Source: Catajapyx aquilonaris | Lineage: Eukaryota | Assembly (NCBI GenBank): GCA_000934665.2 | Contig: KZ538163.1 | Span: 62,001-110,817, forward strand | Length of the DNA stretch: 48,817 bases | Reading direction: 5' to 3' | Shown: piece after piece, positions 27,101 through 39,928 of the stretch | Layout of the letters: every line of letters begins with the position of its first letter | Position numbering within the stretch: the first letter of the stretch is position 1 | Notes under the pieces: model-generated | What the model saw: the letters and a program-made list of their open reading frames with translations, nothing else | Databases searched by the model: none | What the model was told of the DNA's origin: nothing | Program-made: the position numbers and the translations under genes

Positions 27101-29145
27101 AAGAGCAAAGACTCTGCTGTTCTTCCGCAACATAAATCACGGAGAATACTACGGGTGAAGCCCCACAAAAAAAACTGAATCCCACCGCAGCTAGGATCAG
27201 ACCTCAGAGGGAAAAAAAAGAGAGTATGTGTATATGTGTGGGTGGAAAAAAATGGAGAGAAAGAGGTAGGTGGGCAGGGTTGAGGAAAAGAGTGGCTGGC
27301 AAAATGCCTGCAGTAAGAAGCGAAAAGGCGTGATGTGATTTGGCGAGTGGGAAAATACTTTGAGCAAAACTGGAGGAAAACTCGAGCCTTCCAACTCAGG
27401 ACTGGGTTTCCCTTGGGCACCCTGGAAGAAGGAAGACGAAAAAAAAAAGATGAGAATCAGTGAGGCGAGCATTGGCTGAAGACTGGCCCAGTCACTCCTT
27501 CCAGCTGCCTGCCTGCCTACAACCCTATCCTGATTTTATTTCTTCCGGACTTGGCGCACAAAAGAACAAAAGCTTTTGCCATCTCCTTTACTTGCCTGAT
27601 TGATGCCCTTACAAGAAGCTGGCTGGACCAAACAAGCGGTCCAAGGTGCTAGTTTAACGCCAGGACAAAAGCGGAAGAAGTTGGCTCATTCTCCGTCACT
27701 TTGTGCGAAACTGTACAGTTTGAGACTATCTTGTATATTAAAACGCCTCCGCCATATCATGCCGCTATTTCAGAAAAGCAGCATTTACAGATTTTATTCC
27801 CAACTTATTTCTGGGTTTATGACTAGTGGGCCTATAAATATTATTGCAGTCTTTCTGAAATAAGCACGTACTTTGATAGCAAGTAAATAAAGCCACATCA
27901 TACGCACTTGTGATAGTTTCAACCCCCAGTCAATTGCAGCGACCACAGCTCTATCCGGTGCTGTTGACTGTGTTATTTTTTTCCGGGCTCCAAAACCCTT
28001 CTCAGCTTTCACAAACAACTGCAATTATTCAGCGGTGTGGGAAACTTTCTCACTCGGCCAAAACTGATACCTCCCACCGTTAGCAAGCGTTGCTTGTTGT
28101 TATCTGGACCACTCGCATGAATTTGCACGCCCAGTCGGGGGTTTCAGACTGGCCGTGAGTTGTACACTTTTTTTTCATTATCCGGCTTGATGAGCCTCGA
28201 TTATCTAGACGAACGTCATTGCCAGCAGGTTAACTCATCCACTCAGCAGAATATCGGTGTGGTTTTGCACATATATTTTTTTTGAAAAACCTGATGGTCA
28301 GATGGGAATACGATCAGCAGATTTGATAAATACACCCCACCAGACTGTCCACAAGTTTGTAAACCGAGCGTGAGTTATGATCCGAACAGAGAGTTTGGCG
28401 AATAAATATTCCTGTGCGGGCATCCATAACCAAAAAAATATTTTGGAATCGACCTGAGAACTTGTTTACGACTAGAGGGCGAAAATGTATTCAGTTATTA
28501 CCAAGTAATGTTATTTTTGTGACAACACTGCTCGCAACTGATCAATAATTTTTTGGAGCTGCATGTGTGCATGTGTGTGTGTGTGTCGAATCTGAAATAA
28601 GGCCATTTGCATATTTTCGGTTTCCATCCGTCCGGAAGGGTTTGGAGCAAAAAGCAAGCGATGGTTGGGCTGATTGTCACTAATGTTTCCCATGCTGATT
28701 CAGCCGCCCCTTCTGCAGAGGCATTAATAAATGTTAAGCCCGACAGATGAGACGGGAGAAGAAACTCGCGGGGATGAGAAGAAGCCAGAAGAAGAAGAAG
28801 AGTAAAATAAAAAATGGGCGGAGTTCAACTCTTGACGTAACAGACGCGGAAAAAGAGAACTGACGGGAGTCCAATGGCGAAATGGAGAGACGTTTTTTGC
28901 CTGCGAAATAAGGCGAGATGAGGCCCTGCGAGCCGGATGGATACAAAACGCTACTCTGGCTCCTGGCAATTTTACAGCGGACCAAGATGGCACCAATAAT
29001 CTGGCCTCCTTTTGTTCTTTTTCGGAAAACTTCCACCCCACCCAACCCACTTTTTATACGATGCCCCCCACCCTAATAAGAAGATCTGAATTAATCAGGC
29101 GTGGATATTAAAGGGGGGGAATATGTTTTTTTGCCCCCCCCCCCT

Positions 29146-29147
<2 letters not shown>

Positions 29148-29176
<29 letters not shown>
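29148..29176. repeat. (AG)n microsatellite
   Basis: About 14 AG units. Confidence 0.95.
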
Positions 29177-29179
<3 letters not shown>

Positions 29180-32100
29180 TGTTGTCATCTCTGGCGTCGT
29201 TTGATGGCGGATGAAAAATGTATGACGCTTGCTCTCAATATAAGGGTGAATGCAGTTCATGCGAAACAGGGTGTCTTTACAAGTCAGAATTTCGTTATCA
29301 TTGACTTGGTTATTCGCAGCATGAGTCTCTGGAAATAGAGCGAGGTAGCGTGAGCTGAACATATATAGGCGAGAATGTGATGAAACTGAAATTTGATGAA
29401 AATTACACATTTTGCTACAATTTCTTTTCTTATCGTCTCAGTGCATTTTTTAAAGTTCTGCGTCTGAATGTGTCAACATACAATCACGGTTGATTTGGAA
29501 TCAATATGACTAAACTCATTGATCAGTTGCCTCTTTCACCTCCACAGCCGCCATAAGCAGATTTGAAACATTCTTTCGAAATGTTACGCCCTGTGTCTGG
29601 CGTAAAAGGGGGATGGATATAGAAGGGTGAGAGAGAAGGAAGAAGGAGATCAATACCTCGCTGACTTGAGTAAAAGAGTGTGGGTGGAAGTGGAGTTATT
29701 TGAAGGGAAAGGCTTGGATCCTGAGAGCCCCAGCAGAGGCCGAGGAGTTCTGGATGCCATCGCCCATCTCCCATCCTCCTGTTCCAGCTTTTATCCGGGT
29801 CTGCTTAAGGAGCGTTTGGAGATGTTTGTAACCCTAGGGGGATGATGTGCGTCCTGGGCCTTACTTCCAGCCTATTCCTAACGTCCCTCTGGCCACCTTT
29901 ATCCAATCTGCCGCCTTCACTTCTCCCCTTTTCTCCTTAAGGGAGACCTGACTCACAAACTCTCCCAAAGGTTTATTCCCCCGCACTCTACTTTCGAGGC
30001 TTCAGATGGGAATTGGCGCCAGCCCCTTTTCCGGAGCCTCATTCGCTAAATTTAATCACTTTCGAGCGCCTGCCTTATTAACCTTGTATGGCTTCAATAT
30101 CGCCCGACCATCCAAGTACCGAGGAGAAAAATCGCGTGCGGACATGCTTTAGGCTCAATTCGTGCCTTATGAGGTGTCGAAAGTGTTTGCATGATGCATG
30201 AGCTTATGTAAAAGGCTAAGTTATGTTGTGCAATATTGTCACATCTGTACACAATTTCTGCTCCCTATTTTTAAGCTTTCTTGAACTTACGTCCAGGTAT
30301 TTTTTTAAAAAATTTCGGAGGCATACCTGCTCTTATATTTGGCTGGAAGGATTGGTTTGTTCTGCTGGCGGAATGAGTGACGTGATCACAAAAATTTGTG
30401 CGGTGAAAAGAGCTCGGTCCTTGAATGGCCCCCCTTCAACCTCAACGTGGCAGCCAAGCAAATGATGGCTTTCAGTCGAGAGCAGACATTCTCCTACTTC
30501 TCATGATTTGAAAATCAGGCCTGTCCCAACTCTCAAAAAGTGAGCTTAAGAGCGTGAATTTTTTTTGGAAAAAAAAAAATCATCTGTCTTTTTTTGACTA
30601 AGCATTGGCCTGTAAAATCGGGTCCATTTGTATGCCTCCGACAACAACCAGCCGCATTGGTGTGACACAACAGTTGTTCCGGGGAAGCAGCATTGTCTGA
30701 ATGTGGCCGCGAGCCGGATCCGTGGATCCGGAGTGGGTCCCGGGAGGGCCTTAGTTTCCGAAAAAAAGAAGAGAAAAAAAGAGAGAAAGGGACCCGGAAG
30801 CTGCTTATTAGTCATGTACGTCGGTTCGTCGCGCGAAACAGCGGTCCTTGTTGCTCTTAAAAGTGATAGTATCGCCCTCATCCAATTAGAAGATAAGGCC
30901 CTGGCGCCGTGGCGTCGCAGTCATGAAGAGCGCACCTGGGGAAGAATTATTCGGCGCCATCTTGAATGCTAAGCAACCACAAATAAGTCGATTGTTAGTC
31001 GTTTTCACGGCCCATATCTGGCGGAGGACAGGTGCAAAGACCCTCCAATGGTCCAACAAGCTGCTTACTAAATCATGTCACTTTTGTAGCACGCTGTAGC
31101 GTTTGAAAGTAACTGCTATTCGCCTCATTTAATCGTTATTCGACTCTTCAAACCTCCTGCCGCAGTGTGTAATTTGATGTTTATCCTCAACAGCGCGGGT
31201 TTCAACGTGTTATTTATTGTTTGGTTCATTATTTCCGACAATTTAGAACAATGGGAAACCGGAGATTACTGCTTACCTTCAGTGATGCAGCCGGCCCTAA
31301 ATTAGCTTGCATTATGAAATAAGTATTAAAAGATCAACTGGCCTCTCTGAAAATCCTAATGAAAATGTGTGTCCCAAACCTGTATATTGGCTTCAATTTT
31401 TCACACTTCCAGCAAGAACTCAGTTGTTGGAGTTGGACCACCCTGTGCAGTGTGCAATAGTAGGAACTAGGCTCAACCGACATGTAGGCCTGTACCGGTC
31501 CTTGCAAGTCCAGCACGCATGGCTCGGGCTAATTATGAATGAACATGGCGGACACGATGGCGTTAAAATGCCAATTGCATGCCTTATCGCCCGAGTTATG
31601 CTGGCAGTAAAAACTCCCTCAGTTACACAACACCGTGGGTTAATTGCCGAGCGGGGCAGGGCCAAGAGTGTGGAGGGGTTATTGCTCAGGTGGAAATAAC
31701 ACGTTGGCCCTATTACTCCGGTAATTGCCGCCTCCAGATATCGGCCGTGTTAAAGTAGGCGGAAAACTGATCCCCGCATCTAGGCCTAGCCTGGGAGTTA
31801 ACTAGGGTTAACGACTGCGGTGGTTGCGCCTGCTGACCTGCTGGCTACAAAAATTATTGAGAGGAGTATATTAACACCCCCTGTTTCCCATCTACGTGTG
31901 TGATCAATACTTCATTCATATTTGTCTGTGTCCCAACACGGCCCAGGTGTGGTTGGATGATACTCGTCATCGGATAGAGGATTTGACCGGAGGCGCTTCG
32001 TTGCTGTCTGGGAGCGGATTTGAAAGGTCCCGAAAGCACGACTCGCCTCCTGTACGGTCCTCGAAATCTACTGGATGCTGCTGGATGCAGAAGAGAGGAA

Positions 32101-32846
32101 AAAAGCATTGGATCAGGTGCGGGGATTGATGTGGACACCCATTATTGCGTATTGATCACTGATCAAGTGAGAGCACGGTAAAAAATGACACTCATTATCC
32201 CCAAATTTCAATAAGGTAATTGAGAGGGTTATTACCCGCCAGGAGGAGCTTCCCATTACGTACTCGACACGTTAATTAACATGCCGGGTTAATACGACAC
32301 ACATTACAATACTGCAATGTTAATAGCCCAGTTGTAATTCTGTCCATTATATCCCCACCCCTTTTTGCAACATTTGTCAGAATAAGTTTAATAGCCGGGC
32401 TGGCACATCATAAGCTTATCACGCTCGTGGTAAGACCTGCTGAGTTGTAATTTACAGTCAGTGCTTTGGTCTTATATGGGCCGCCCGCATTTTCGACACC
32501 GGGGGCTGCCCAGGGTGTCATAATCACTTCATTATGTTAACTTCGAGATGATTAAGGCTGACCTTAATTTTCCCATAAAAGAGATATACGGGCCGAAGCG
32601 CATTGATTTTTTTTTCATAGGGTGATCAGGTTGTGCCAGTAATGGGTCAGGGTGTGAAATGTCTCATAACGGATGGTGGGGTTGAGCTACACACACTGGC
32701 CATGCAACACACGTGACGATGAGAGCTTTTTGGTCCATGTTGTGTATGTGCAGGTCATTACCATCATCTAGGGTAGACTCATGCCGCACCCAGTGCTTTC
32801 AGTCTAATGTCTTCTTGATTTGTTCGTGTTTGATTTTTGTTTATAG

Positions 32847-32956
32847 GTGTGGTCGGACTACCAGCTGCGATGGGACGAAGCGGACTACGGCGGGATCGGG
32901 GTTTTGCGACTCCCGCCGGACAAAGTGTGGAAGCCGGACATTGTACTTTTCAACAA
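32847..32956 (+). CDS. nAChRbeta1: nAChR beta1 110-nt exon, loop A region ([37 protein letters not shown])
   Basis: Acceptor tttttgtttatag|, donor |gtaagt; Cys-loop receptor WKPDI motif; phase 0 in, phase 2 out. Confidence 0.97.
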
Positions 32957-35205
32957 GTAAGTACACCTGGTTCAAACTCTCCAATTATGCACACTGTACG
33001 GTATGTTACACTGTGCCAACTTATAACGTCATTATTGGCTCAACACATGAGATCATACGCAAATAACCAGTGCAGTCTAAGCAAATTCTTAATTACACAA
33101 CCGCAGCACCGACTCTCACTTACACACCATGAAGCATGTTGACTCAAACAGCGGCCCCATTAGCAAACTCTGCCTAAAGCACTGCTCCGTCATAAATTCG
33201 CATAAAAATCTGCACATATTCATACATACCCAAATACATAGCCAGGAAGATGGGGCCAAGGTTGTCGCATGCATATTGCACCCTCGCTCGCTCCAGACTC
33301 AAAAGAGACTCGCGGGTGCCCTTCAACCCTGCAAAGCACTGAATAATTAAACCACACGCCAAGATCTGCGCAAATTGGTGATTATTCGAGGCGGCAAAAA
33401 ATCACTACCTTTGGACTCGAACACTGTCGGAATAAATAAATAAGCGCGGATCCATCTTTGGGTCCTTGGTGGGAAGCTGCGGGGTCAGCCCGAGGGAAAC
33501 GGGTGTGGCGAAGAAGGGAAAAGAAGCAAACCGCCGCCTCATGAATGCAAACTGAGGAGTCGTCGTCGGGCGACGACGCCGCAGCGTCTTCTTTTGGCAT
33601 TCCTCAGAGTCTTTCTGGAATAGGAAAAATGTTGCGTTTTTTCCCCCCTCTCCGTTCTTTTTCCTTTTTTTCCGTCCTGGAGAAGAGTCTCTACGTGGCC
33701 ATACATCTCCGGGTGGAAAGCGGAGAGAATGCCAAAGGACCTTCTGGGATGCTGCAGTCGCCACTGGGACCACGATTCTTTCCTCTAGATTTTTTTAGGG
33801 GGAGGAAGGACGGGGTGGTATACGTTTTTTTTTTTTTGGGAGGAGTTCTCTAGGGTAGACTATGCAATCGTTGGTCGGCCGCTGGAGCAAATCACGGTGG
33901 GAGTTTAACCCCTCCGACGTCACTGTGGTCATTTCCACTCCGGTTGCACTATTTTCGTGCCCAGAGAGTCCGGGGGTGCGGTTATTTGGAGAGTGCAATT
34001 TGAATAATTTAACTTTCCATAGATGTCTTTTGCGTGTCTTTGAGCTCAAATGACTCGGTTTTAGTTTTATCTCCGGTCCGGATGGGAGAGGACGTTTTCT
34101 GGGGGGCAGAAATGAATTTTCTGTGATAAATAACTGTGGGTTGTGCTGAATTCGTGCAAATGGTGGGAGTCACTATTACCTGGAGGGGGAAAAAAGTGAG
34201 CGGCGTTTTATACGTTGGTGGTAAAAATTTTGAGGCCTCTTTGCCCATTTTCTTCTCCGTCCTCCCCCGTCATCAAGGATCGACCAAAAGGAATCCGACG
34301 GCTTAGAAAAGCTGGAGGAGAAATGTAGCCAATTCTTTCCCCACTTCCTCTCGGGATAATGCACATGAAAAGTACTTCCTTGTCGATAAGGCATTCCTGC
34401 GTCGGATTCTTCAGCGCCGGGCTCTAACTTTGTGCCAGACGCTTTTTGCCGGAGATTTACGTGGGATTCAGAGCCGCTTTCCAGCTGCGAATCGCCGGCC
34501 ACTTTGACTCAGGCATAAGGCTGAGACCACCAAATATTTTGCGCAGATATATACAGGTGTACGTTTCAAGATGTGTGTGTAAAATCAGTAATTACATTTT
34601 TGCGATGCATGCGACTCAGCATATTTACCCAGCACCAATCCTTTTACTCTGATGTAACCCATCCCAATTTTTTCGCGCAAAGGTAATCAGGATGGTCCTC
34701 TGATGCAGTCTGCATTTCAAAGACTGATTTGACTTCTGAAAAAAATGGCGTGGAGGCCACTTCTTGCCGGGCGTGACATCCATCATGCTGAAGTGCATAA
34801 TTGCACCCCTCACCTCCCCCTGAAAACTGTGTGGAAGCAGTGGATGGAGAGCTTTCAGCTGCGAAAAAGGTGAAGCCTTTGGTGTCAAAGGCGGCCTCTT
34901 GATGACTCGCCACGCCACCTCCATAACGGATAGAAGATGGAAAAGGGGTGTGCAAAGGCTGGAAGTGACGCCAACGACGTGAAGCACTCTGCCTGCCAGT
35001 AATCGAGCACTGACAAAGTGTCCAGAGTTTTCGCATGGCTGGGAGGCATACCCCTAGTGTTAATCAAGTGGGTTTGTGCCCACCAGTGCAAGTTGCAAAG
35101 TGGTTTTTTGGGGTATGGCCAAGCACAATCGCAGTTTTAAAAAGTAGCAGTTCTTTTTTTTCCAACAGTTGCTGATTCTTCCCCCCCCTTTTTTCTGGTT
35201 TTCAG

Positions 35206-35296
35206 TGCCGATGGCAACTACGAAGTCCGCTACAAATCGAATGTGCTCATCTACCCCACCGGAGAAGTCCTTTGGGTGCCGCCAGCGATCTATCAG
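35206..35296 (+). CDS. nAChRbeta1: nAChR beta1 91-nt exon, loop E (ADGNYEVRYKSNVLIYPTGEVLWVPPAIYQ)
   Basis: Acceptor ttttctggttttcag|, donor CAG|gtacat; phase 2 in, phase 0 out; matches beta1. Confidence 0.97.
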
Positions 35297-35571
35297 GTAC
35301 ATGCACTGGGGGGTGATCACATTTTTCCCATGGTACCAATGATCCTCCGGGGAACAAACATGGTGCTGCAGCACGGGGGTAGAGAGTCATATTTCCCGAC
35401 ACGGGTAATAAGAAGAGTATAGGGGGGGATATTTCGTTAAAACGACCTCCAAAGAACCGAGTGGCGCGGAACGTGCCGTGCGAACGGTCCTCTTACTCGA
35501 AATTCGCATTCACGATCCTTTCATATCAAATCCCATCTATATGCTAACGAGCACCACTTTGACGCGAATAA

Positions 35572-35645
35572 AGGGAGCAGGAGGAGGAGGAGGAGGAGGA
35601 GGGAGGGAGGGAAGGAGGTGGCAGGGAGGTGGAAAAGGGGGAAGG
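35572..35645. repeat. (GGA)n / G-rich purine tract
   Basis: ggaggaggaggaggaggaggagggagggagggaagg... Confidence 0.9.
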
Positions 35646-38600
35646 TTGAAGTTCAAAGTCTTGCTGACATGATGGGGAAGTTGCTTTCAATGAATTAACT
35701 AAGGGAATCGCAGTACATCTAAGCAGTTTCCGCTTTTGATTCCAACCTCCGGAAGATCCTAGTTCTATTCTGTGCCTGACGCGAAGAAAATAATGTTGCT
35801 TCTTGATTACAAATCGAAATTACGCCTTCGTTTAGCGCCTCCTGAGAATAGTTCCTCTCTCAGCAACTTTTTTTTGTGTGTGTGTGGGTGTGGATCTACT
35901 CGTAGAAGCACTTGAAATCGCGTTTAGGGGAAGTTGTGAACCTCTCCATGGGATAATGCCCGGATTTATATGCGTCAAATTAATTTTACAGCTAAACAGT
36001 ATTTGCATAATTGAGCTGAATCCAACATTATCCTGACGCCCACTCACCCGCGTTATTAGTCAACATATTTACTTAATCTGAGCGACATTACACGCAAAAA
36101 CCCAAATATGAAAATCCTGCTCTCTTTTTTTTCGTTCCCGGATTGAGTGGAATTAGCGCAGAGGGATTTTGGTAATAGCATCCTTTCGCTAGGTAGGCTA
36201 TCTTGGACCTTGCTACCAGCACAGGGGTCGGTTTAATTCAGGCAGTTCTCTCCAACATCCGCTGAAGAGGGGAGGGGTACCCATTCTTGGGAATCAGCGA
36301 AGCGGTTCCCGAAATGCCAAGTGGGCTTTAATCCCCATTTCCCGAACCGGGGACCAAACAGGAAAGCGGGCATTTGCTCTGGACCCTCTCACCTCTTCCT
36401 TCCGATTCACGCAACTTAATCCTCGCTGCCTTTCCCTGCATAATTGGCCTCGGATTAAGACTAGCCGGCGACAGATTAATTGAGCGCTGAAGGGGAAGAT
36501 CAACTTTCAACTGCAAATACTAGTACCTAGGAGGAGCAAGGAAGTGTTGCCGGAAATGAATATTCCGAATCAAGTGCTGCTGCGGTGCTTTACCTTTACC
36601 TGGTCTAGAGAGTGCGAGAGAGAGAGGGAGAGGTATATATGCAGTAGTTAGTTAGTGAGCTGGCTTAAATTACTGCTGGAGGGGAAAGGAAGGCCAGCAA
36701 CTTTGCTGGTTGACAAATTCATGTCTTCATGCATCTCAGATATGGCTGAAGCGTTTGAAGCGCTGTGGGTTCAGTGAATTATTGCTGCGTGGTTATGCTG
36801 TCCTGCAGCTGCATTAATGTACTGTGCAGGAGTCATGTGGAGAAACTGGAGTGAGGTTCTGTTAGTAAATGTTTGAGGTGGAACTGTCTGAAAAATAGTT
36901 GATTATAGCATCCATTTTAGCATGCATTGCTGGCCATGTTAGTACAAGCCCTCTTCAGCATGTGATCAGAAAGTTGAACTGCAAACTGGGCCACGATAAT
37001 TGCTCATTTTGATGCTTCATGTCCAAAAACATTCAACGCAATCGAAAAGCTGCTCACTTTGCAAAGGGCACTTCAGTCCAAATAAATCGTGGCTGTATTG
37101 GGGGGATGGAAAAAAATATAACCCAGATTAGTCAATTGCGACAATCACTCATATGACGCATGCGTAATTTTTGTGACACCAGCAGGGCATATTGTCTTTT
37201 TTCGTCAACGTCACATCGGGAAGGTTTAAATGCCGTAATTAATCTGACAGCCGCATATATTAGCTCGTCCTGTCATATTATGTGTACAGGTCTGAAACGC
37301 TCAGGAAATCAATGCTGTTACAGAGAGCTGAGCACGAGAGAGCCCGACAGGGAGAATTAAAGTCAATCCCATTGTGACAGTCCCCCCCTGCTCTATGTAA
37401 ACTATGTATTTTCATTAGTCCGCGGCCTTTCACAGTGGTTAAAAGTATTTCTCCCAGAGGTCGTCCCTTTTGATTGGCAAATGGCGGCTGCCTGAATAAA
37501 AAGGTAGTAATCAAAATTGTTTATAGACCGTCCAGCCACATTATGGGTAATCCTTTCACCCCCCTTCCCCGTACTGTACTATCCCCAACTTTGCTGATTT
37601 TACTAAACAAACCTTTGACATTCACGGTCGTCGTCTGCCGGCTCCATAATCTTTGGTTCCGCAAAATTCCCCGAACAATACGAGGAAAACTGTGCATTCA
37701 GGAGCAGCCGAGCGTCCTTATCCGCTGCTTTTTGACATGATTGGGAAACAAGGTGAGTCTCTTCCATCCGGGACACGCGGGTTGTTGGCAGTCATTGCAT
37801 ACGTGTCGTGTTGAATATGGAATGGAAGGGACAGGAAACTGCTCGAGAGAAATGGGAGAAAAAAATAGAATGGAGAAGAAAATTGTTTCACCTTTCTTCC
37901 TATACTTCTTATCTGATTTTCTCAAAGCAGACTTTTTTTGTGTGAAAACCTCGAGATCACCATAGTAATGTTGGCTGCAGAAGCCTTGCTGGCTTGCTTC
38001 AACACTGGCCTGGCGCTGACAACATTTTCCTAATCGATAAGCAAATTAGGAGCTCTTTCATACAATGCACACCGAATATGTTTATTCAAAACATTGCACA
38101 AACCACTACCAGGGAAATTGTTTATATTGTCGCGAAATAATAACGTTGATCCTATAGGGTGTCCTCGTGCTATCGGTTCAAAAATAAAGTAGCCTACCTA
38201 ATAACACGGCCCTGCCTGACCGTTGTACAGTACCGCAGTGAGCAAAAGGCGCATGATAACACAATGTGTTATGGAAATAAACAAAAGACGTGGATATATA
38301 TTGGTGGAATATTATCAGCCTACATAACTTCGTGTTTCAGTTTGATTTCTGTTTACTAATTCTAGATTATTCTCTGGCGGGACTTCCTCTATACAAAATA
38401 ATCATACTTATAAAATGGCCGGCAATCAAAATTGCGCTTCCATCGCCCTTTCCAGTCACCTCAACCTTTAAATGTGGTATCGGGCGTTTTTGAAAAGGTC
38501 GAATCAAAGATATTGATATCATTTAAGTTCTGAAAATGTCGAGATTCTGTAAACTTCTTTTATTTAGTAGGAGATATCCTACATTACCACTTCAATTTGA

Positions 38601-38875
38601 TTTTAGCCACAGTAACAGTAGAGTAATAATTAAATGACACATCACGATTCAACAATGCGAGCTTATTTATAGTGTGGGATACTCAAAGGCATTAAGGAAC
38701 CATCCGACGTAATTGATTACGATGCTGGGTAAGTCATTTATTATTGCTCTCTAACCATGCATGCCTCTCAAAGCAGCTTAACACACGGTATACGTCGAGT
38801 AGAGGGTATTATGGTGTGAGAAATGTTTTGTGCAGCAGGAGGAGGACTGGTGTATAACGGTGTTTCCATTTGCAG

Positions 38876-39928
38876 AGTTCGTGTACGATAGACGTGACCT
38901 ACTTCCCTTTCGACCAGCAAACTTGCCGCATGAAGTTCGGGTCGTGGACGTTCAACGGTGACCAAGTGTCCTTACAACTGTACAATAACAAAAATTTTGT
39001 TGACCTCTCGGATTACTGGAAGTCGGGCACGTGGGACATCATCGAAGTGCCAGCCTACCTGAACATTTACGACGGGAACCCGACGGAAACGGACATCACG
39101 TTTTATATCACAATAAGGAGAAAGACCTTGTTTTATACCGTGAACCTTATCCTCCCCACCGTGCTGATTTCCTTCCTGTGCGTGTTGGTGTTCTACCTGC
39201 CGGCCGAGGCAGGCGAAAAGGTGACCCTTGGCATCAGCATCCTGCTGTCACTGGTTGTGTTCCTGCTGCTGGTGTCCAAGATCCTTCCACCCACCTCGCT
39301 GGTGCTGCCCCTGATCGCCAAATACCTTCTATTCACCTTCATCATGAACACGGTCAGTATCCTGGTGACGGTCATCATCATCAACTGGAACTTCAGGGGT
39401 CCCCGCACGCACCGAATGCCCAACTGGATCCGAGTGCTCTTCCTCAAGTACCTCCCTGCGCTTCTCTTGATGAAGCGGCCAAAGAAGACGCGGCTCCGAT
39501 GGATGATGGAGATGCCCGGAATGAGCGCGCCGCCTCACCCGTACGGCTCCCCGGAGCTTCCAAAGCACCTGCCTCCGGGAGCCACGGCCTCTGCGGCGGC
39601 GGCTGCGGCGGCCAAGCACCGCATCGAGGTGATGGAGCTGGCCGACCTGCACCACCCAAACTGCAAGATCAACCGGAAGGCCAGCGCCGACCGGCAGCAG
39701 CAACAGCAGCAGTCTGAACGCGAGCGAAGCGGGAGCGAGTCCAGGGACGCGGTCAGGCCCGACTCCGCCACCTGCAGGGACGCCAGGGACCTACTCCAGC
39801 AGCCGCCGCACCCTAGGAGGGAGAGCGAGAGCTCGGACTCGCTGCTGCTCACGCCCGAGGCCTTCAAGGCCACCGAGGCCGTCGAGTTTATCGCCGAGCA
39901 TCTGCGCAACGAAGACGAGTATATTCAG
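38876..39928 (+). CDS. nAChRbeta1: nAChR beta1 large exon: Cys-loop, loops B/F/C, TM1-TM3 and intracellular loop
   Basis: Cys-loop SSCTIDVTYFPFDQQTC; KFGSWT; no vicinal CC in loop C (non-alpha subunit); GEK cation-selectivity motif before TM2; TM1-3; ends EHLRNEDEYIQ|gtgcgc. 1053 nt, phase 0/0. Confidence 0.98.

Noticed and set aside
4427..32846. Possible mutually exclusive duplicate exons or exon-complementary editing sequences in the two long introns
   Set aside because: By eye I found no paralogous copy of the 45-nt or 110-nt exons and no convincing complementary segment. A tBLASTn or RNA-folding scan would be needed to exclude them.
39031..39909. 228-aa alternate-frame ORF and several antisense ORFs in the large exon
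   Set aside because: Shadow ORFs caused by the codon bias of the real exon.
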